Shown here: positions 48,901-54,900 of the stretch, piece after piece | Layout of the letters: every line of letters starts with the position of its first letter | How positions within the stretch are numbered: the stretch's first letter is position 1 | NCBI GenBank assembly: GCA_964187785.1 | Contig: OZ076409.1 | Location: 27,778,001 to 27,842,000, forward strand | DNA length: 64,000 nucleotides | Direction of reading: 5' to 3' | DNA from: Amphiscolops sp. MND2022 | Lineage: Eukaryota | Position numbers and translations under genes: made by a program | The notes under the pieces: model-generated | Database searches by the model: none | What the model was told of the DNA's origin: nothing | Seen by the model: the letters and a program-made list of their open reading frames with translations, nothing else

Positions 48901-51900
48901 TAGCAGATGTGTTTGAGAAGTTCATAAAGGTATCATTAAACGAATTTAAAATCAATCCGTTATATTGTGTTAGTCTTCCTGGATATACTTGGTAATGTGG
49001 ATTGAAATATACTGGGATTAATTTGCAAACACTTCAAGATAAAGATATGATCTTAATGTTAGAGAATAATATTAGAGGTGGGATTTCATCTGTTATGGGG
49101 GATAGATATGTTAAATCAGATGAAAACAAAAAGATTTTATATATTGATGCTAATAATCTATATGGGTGGGCAATGAGTCAGTATTTGCCATATGATGATA
49201 TAAAATTTGATGGTAATGTTAAGTTGGAAGATATATTAGATACACCTGATGATAGTGAGGTTGGGTATTTTGTTGAAGTTGACTTGAAATATCCTGAGGG
49301 GATAAGAGAGAAGACTGTGAAATTCCCATTCTGTCCAGATAATAAGTTTTCACCTCAAGATAAGTTTACTGAGTATATGAAAAAAATGAAGCAGGATAGT
49401 TATGCTAAATGTAAAAAGTTAATATGTGATTGGACTGACAAGAAAAAGTATCTGATACATTATCGAATGTTGAAGTTTTATGTGAGACATGGTATGATTG
49501 TTGAGAAAGTTCATGAAGTGATTTCTTTTAAGCAGAGTAAGTGGTTGGAGAAGTACATTGATTTCAATACTCAGAAAAGAAATAGGACGAAAAATGATTT
49601 TGAGAAAGATTTTTACAAACTATTAAACAATGCGTTCTATGGAAAGACAATGGAGAATGTGCGAAATAGAACTAAGATCGAGTTCATTAAAAAAGATGAA
49701 GAAGAGAAGATGGTGAAGTGGCAATCTAAGTTGACGTTTAATGGGATCCATAAGTGTTATGAGAAATATGATAGTTTCACGTTTAAGATGAATGAGGTTC
49801 TGATGGATAAGCCAATATATCTTGGATTTAGTGTGTTAGAGTTGAGCAAGTTATTGATGTATGAAACGTACTATGATAAATTTCAACCTTACTTTGGGAA
49901 AGAGAATATTCAACTTCACTATACCGACTGTGACAGCATGGTATTAAGTATTAAAACTGAGGATATCATTAACGACTTACAAAATCTCAAAGATTTATTT
50001 GATTTCAGCAATTTAAACAGAGAGCATCAATTGTTTAGTGATGAAAATAAAAAAGTAGTTGGTAAATTTAAAATTGAAACGCCTGGAAGTATTTGGATTG
50101 ATGAATTTGTTTGTTTGAGAAGTAAAGCATATTCTTATAGATGTGGAGGTGAAAGTTCTAACAAACTAAAAGGTATCTCAAAATCTCAGAGTAAGAATAT
50201 TAAATTTGAAGAGTATTACAACTGTTTATTTGGGTGTGATTATCAAAGAGAATGTGAAAATTTTGTAATTAGATCTATAGATCATGATATGTTTCTTCAA
50301 AAGGTTACAAAGAATTCTTTATCTGCATTTGATGAGAAGCGATGTTATTTGAATAATATTGAGAGTATCCCTTGGATGTAATGTGAATATCCTTGAGTTT
50401 GAGTAATAACTAAATAGTATAGAAAGGGGGATTTGATATTAACTTGAAGGGTGAGCAATTGAGTGATGGGGCGAAGCGGAGCGGAGTAGTGTATATAATC
50501 GTATTTGACATTAGCGCGAAGGTCACCATGAGTGGAGCGAAGCGAAGCGAATGGTGAAGCAAGTGGGGGAGGTTGAAGAGTGAGCAGCTGAGCGAAGCGA
50601 GGCTGTGAGCGATGAGGCCGAGCCACGCTTGCGCCTTCGCGCTGGTGTCAAATACGATTATATACACTACTGCTGTAGTTCCGATGCTCGGAAGTGTTGA
50701 ATGAACACACTTCACCTGTGTGTCTCACTTTCCGAAAAATCAATTTCGTTTTTTTTCCTTACTTGCGTACACCAAGTGTATTCTTTTCGAACCAGTTCAA
50801 AGTGAATTTGAAGTGTTGAAACCCTTATTGCACATGACTGAGTGTGAAAAGCCGCATATACATTAATCGGTTACAATAATGTTCGGTAGAATTTCATGTT
50901 TTAAAACACTTCTTAGTTGTTTTGTAAGTGTTTCACTGGATATAGGCTGCCTTGAAAAATCAAATACCTAATAAGCTCTGCTCTTGGTTACGTACATGTT
51001 CCATACTTTGATCCAAAACACTGCGATCAAAACACTATCTTTGTCAACAGCGTTTGAGAAGATATTTTTTTCGCTCTCTTCAGTCAAAAATAGTCTCAAA
51101 CTAATTGAAAGTTTTTCAATTTTCAAATGTCATTCTTACAACTCGTACGAAACAAAGAAGTACGCAACGATGCTTCGACTTTTGCTTGAAGAAGCTGTTC
51201 AAGTGTTGAAAACCGATCAAAGCTTCCATTAAATATTGTCGAGATTCAAAATGTAAACTTCCTACATGTCACCACACTTTTTTCCTTAACCTGTAATTTT
51301 CAAATACTTCGATGACAATTGGTGCTTGCGGGTTTCAGTCTCCTCACGTACGTAGTAACATTGCTTATTGCTTACTATCATTACTGCTATATTTACTACT
51401 TATAGTAAACCTAATTCACAGTTGACTTCATCATTGGTTTTGGGAAAATCGACGACTTCTGAGCATGTTTTCACATGTCATGATTTTCAAATCGATCTTG
51501 CTGAGAAATGATATCTACAGATACCGAGGAAATAAAGTCTTCATAGTAGTTTGGGAGACTGAAAATGGGATTTTTTTTGCTGTTTCTATTCGAGAAAAAG
51601 TTTCAGCTAACCCGAACAAAAGCATATCAAATAGCAAGCATTCAGGAGAAAACGTTTTTCATTTTGCCTCTAAGCTTATGCACCGTCTGAAGTGTACACA
51701 TTAGCTGATTAAAAATTTGTATTCTAGTCCTTTGTGCTATAATGGGATTGATGTTAGGTTCCAAAAAGTAGAAAAAATTGGCTGTTGTTGTGATATGCAA
51801 TATTCAGTCTTGATAGTTGAAGGTCGTCTTACTGATTGTAACATTGTCACTGTTTTCATTTTGCGGACGTCAAGTGGATCTTTTTAAACAGTCTTTAATA

Positions 51901-54900
51901 GCAGCGATCGAGAAATATTCCATGCACTTTAGAATCTTCAAAGGATTTTTCATGTGCAAAACATGTTCAGCGCACTTGTGTAAAATGTACGAAACATGAA
52001 CAGCAAGCTGAATTATGTATCTATTCTTCATTTACATATTGTTCCTTGGTTTCCTTGCGAGGATGTGCAGTAGCTACAAAAAGTGGCGGCCTGCTGTGAT
52101 TTCATCATGCTTCTAACTGCTTTCCTGTGTTCAACTAATTCCCTAATTTCACAAATAACAATCGCTGCTGCTATTGATATCAATTTGGGCTTTTCTCGTC
52201 AATTTCCACCAAATTTCCTAAACTAGATTTCCTAGATTGAGTTCAACGGGCTATGGGGTCGAATTATCATTTTCCTATCATTCAGTAAATGAAGCCAAGT
52301 GAGGCCACAGCTCAATGAAGGCCTTTCAGTATCCTTGATTGATACTTATTATTCACTGATTTTTTGAAATGTGAAAGGCAAGTAGTCTACTTGGTCAAAA
52401 ACGTCATCAGTTACAGCTTTGGTCTTCAACGCTGTTTAGTCGATGCTACTGTATGAAATACAGATCGACTAACATAATGGCTTTTCGTCGTTTTTTTTCC
52501 AACTCATAAGTGACCACAATACATGTAGGTAGTCCCATCATGCTGACTAATTTGTATAGAATGTATACAAAAGGCCTTCTTTGTTTTTTTTCTCGCAATT
52601 CTCCGTTGATTACAAAGGTGGATGAGGCATAAAAACTCCACATCGAGTTTTTTATCGCTCTATGCTTTTGATGTTTCCATTTAGGAAAAAACGTTTTTAG
52701 CCTAAAGGGTCTTCAATTTAGATATTTCCTGCACTATTAGAATACTCAAGAATTCAAAAACATTCACTGAACATATTTTATCAACTGCTATTTGAGCCTC
52801 AAGGCAGGTCGATGAGTTGAGCCATTTCAGGCTTGTTTCCCTGGTGGGATTTCTTTGTTAGTTGTAAACTAATGCTTTCATCGGTGTACCTTTCAGCAGG
52901 CATTTTGTCACAGTGAGATACTGAATACGGATTCGTGGGGCCATTGATATTGAAACATTCCAAATGTTCATCTCTTAACCTATCAGATCTTTCGCGAAAT
53001 TCGCCCACCGAAAGGCTACATTTGAAAAAAGCTGTTGATATGAACCAATTAATAACAGAATTAATTGAAGTATTTAGCTAATACAAACAAAAACAGCAAA
53101 ATTCTTCCGCTTTCGTCTCCGCGCGTTTCATCTTTCGGGTCTAAAAAGTTCATCATTTTTGCGCTTTATGTATGTATGAGCGTTGAAATCTCTGTTCCTG
53201 ATTGCTATTGATTTCCTTGTAATGGAAAGAATATGTAAAAAAAACTAGTTCATGTTTGTTTTGTCCCGAATAACATGGGATGAGTATCCGGTCTGTTTTT
53301 GAAATGCTCTTGATTTCTTCAACTGAATATTTTGAATACTCTTTGAAATCTTTTCACTCGGATGCGGGATAAAACAATCGGTTTTAAACAGGACAAAACA
53401 GCCAATTTTTAGAAAGAGACAAAAAAGCCGATTTTGAAAACGAGACAAAATAACCGATTTCCTAAATAAGAACGAAACCTCGCATTTTCCACCTTTTTTT
53501 CATGTTTGGAGGTTTTGTCTTTTCCTGAGATTCTGCTATTTTGTCCCATATTAAAAATCGGCCATTTCGTTCGCTTTCCTTTTACTATTGATGCGCTACT
53601 TTTTGGCGAATTACTTTTTAGCTTTATTTTTGCTCAGTTGACTAATAGTTGTTCACTCAATGTTTTTTGTGCTTACTGACTTCAAGGCTTTCTCATTTCA
53701 ATCAATCAATTATTTGAGTGGCTCTCTTGTTTCAATTACGTTTCTAATTCGACTGTCAATTGGTTGAAATTAGACAGTTTTTCGAAGTTATCTTTTGAAG
53801 TGCTCTTGACTGTCGTTTCTTGTAGATTTGTCACTAGTTTAGCATATCCAAAATTTCTGGCCAAAGCTAGCAATATCTTGAATCAAAGAGCGACATGATT
53901 TCCTGCTTTTAAATTACGATGTGACCTTCGAACGCTATTTTGTTGAATTCGATTTATCGGACTCATTTTTCAAAGTAGTATAACGAAAAAAACACGGTGT
54001 CCTAAGCATGGCTTTGCCAAGTTTTCTCACCCTTTGGTTTGGTATTTCCCGAATTTTTCCATGACAGTAATCGTCTTTCCTACTAAATATGGAAATTATG
54101 TGTGCATACAGGAAAATAAGCTGATAATTTCACTTGAACTAATTGCAAACCTTCAAAACCTTTGAATATATTTGAAGGTTTGAAGTCGCTTTTGAAGTCA
54201 GTCTAATTGAGGATGTCTTCAAAGAGAACATCACATTTTTCCCAATAATACAAGACCTTAATTAGCGTCGCAATTTTCAATGAGTATTAGACCTACTGTT
54301 TGCGCTGACTTGGCGTTGCTTGCTTCTACAAACATGAAAACTCACGAATCATTGTTTTTGCTGCGATCATTCTAGAAAGAAAACGTTCATTTTCAAATCA
54401 AGTGTGTAAAACAGGTGTAATTTGTCTGATGAATGCCAAAACGTTTAGAATACATTGAAGTATTGCTATCTTGATTGTTTGCTTTGCTTGACTTGAAAAG
54501 ACCGTTTGCTTTTCGACTCGAAATTGGATACTTCATGACTCATTCCATGCTTGCTTGTAAATGCATTTTCTCTATTTGGGGGTGTGAGCTCAAATCATCG
54601 AATTTCATGACTTCTTTTTCACGGAACTCGTGTCATTTTGTTTATGAACAGTTTTTTCTCGCAACTTTCATTTATAACATCCGGTACTTCGGACCGATAA
54701 GATAGATTTTTATGGGAAAAGTCACGCCTATACGGTAAACTATTATCCTTCTATGTTGTATTATGCCCTTGATTCAAAACATTTTCCCGTTCTGTGGTGA
54801 TATATTAATTGAAAAGGGTTGACATGATTTTAAAATATAAAGTATTAGTAACTGAAGCTTATTTTGCACTTGTAAACTGGCGTTTAGCAAGACAGTTCCA

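Larger units (their letters stand above)
35376..50671 (+). mobile_element. Full-length Polinton/Maverick (adintovirus-like) endogenous viral element, ~15.3 kb
   Basis: AGTAGT...ACTACT termini with TIRs. Compact, intronless, AT-rich cluster encoding pPolB, rve integrase, packaging ATPase, adenain protease and major and minor capsid proteins. Confidence 0.95.

Noticed and set aside
47620..48995. Programmed frameshift or stop readthrough in PolB
   Set aside because: No supporting signal was seen; mutation or consensus error is simpler.
49920..49937. YTDCDS in place of YxDTDS as an inactivating PolB change
   Set aside because: Both aspartates are retained, and I cannot show the substitution is unusual without an alignment.
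35376..50671. Phage or bacterial contamination
   Set aside because: Gene content is Polinton-type, and the element sits between in-phase hexokinase exons with duplicated host flank.
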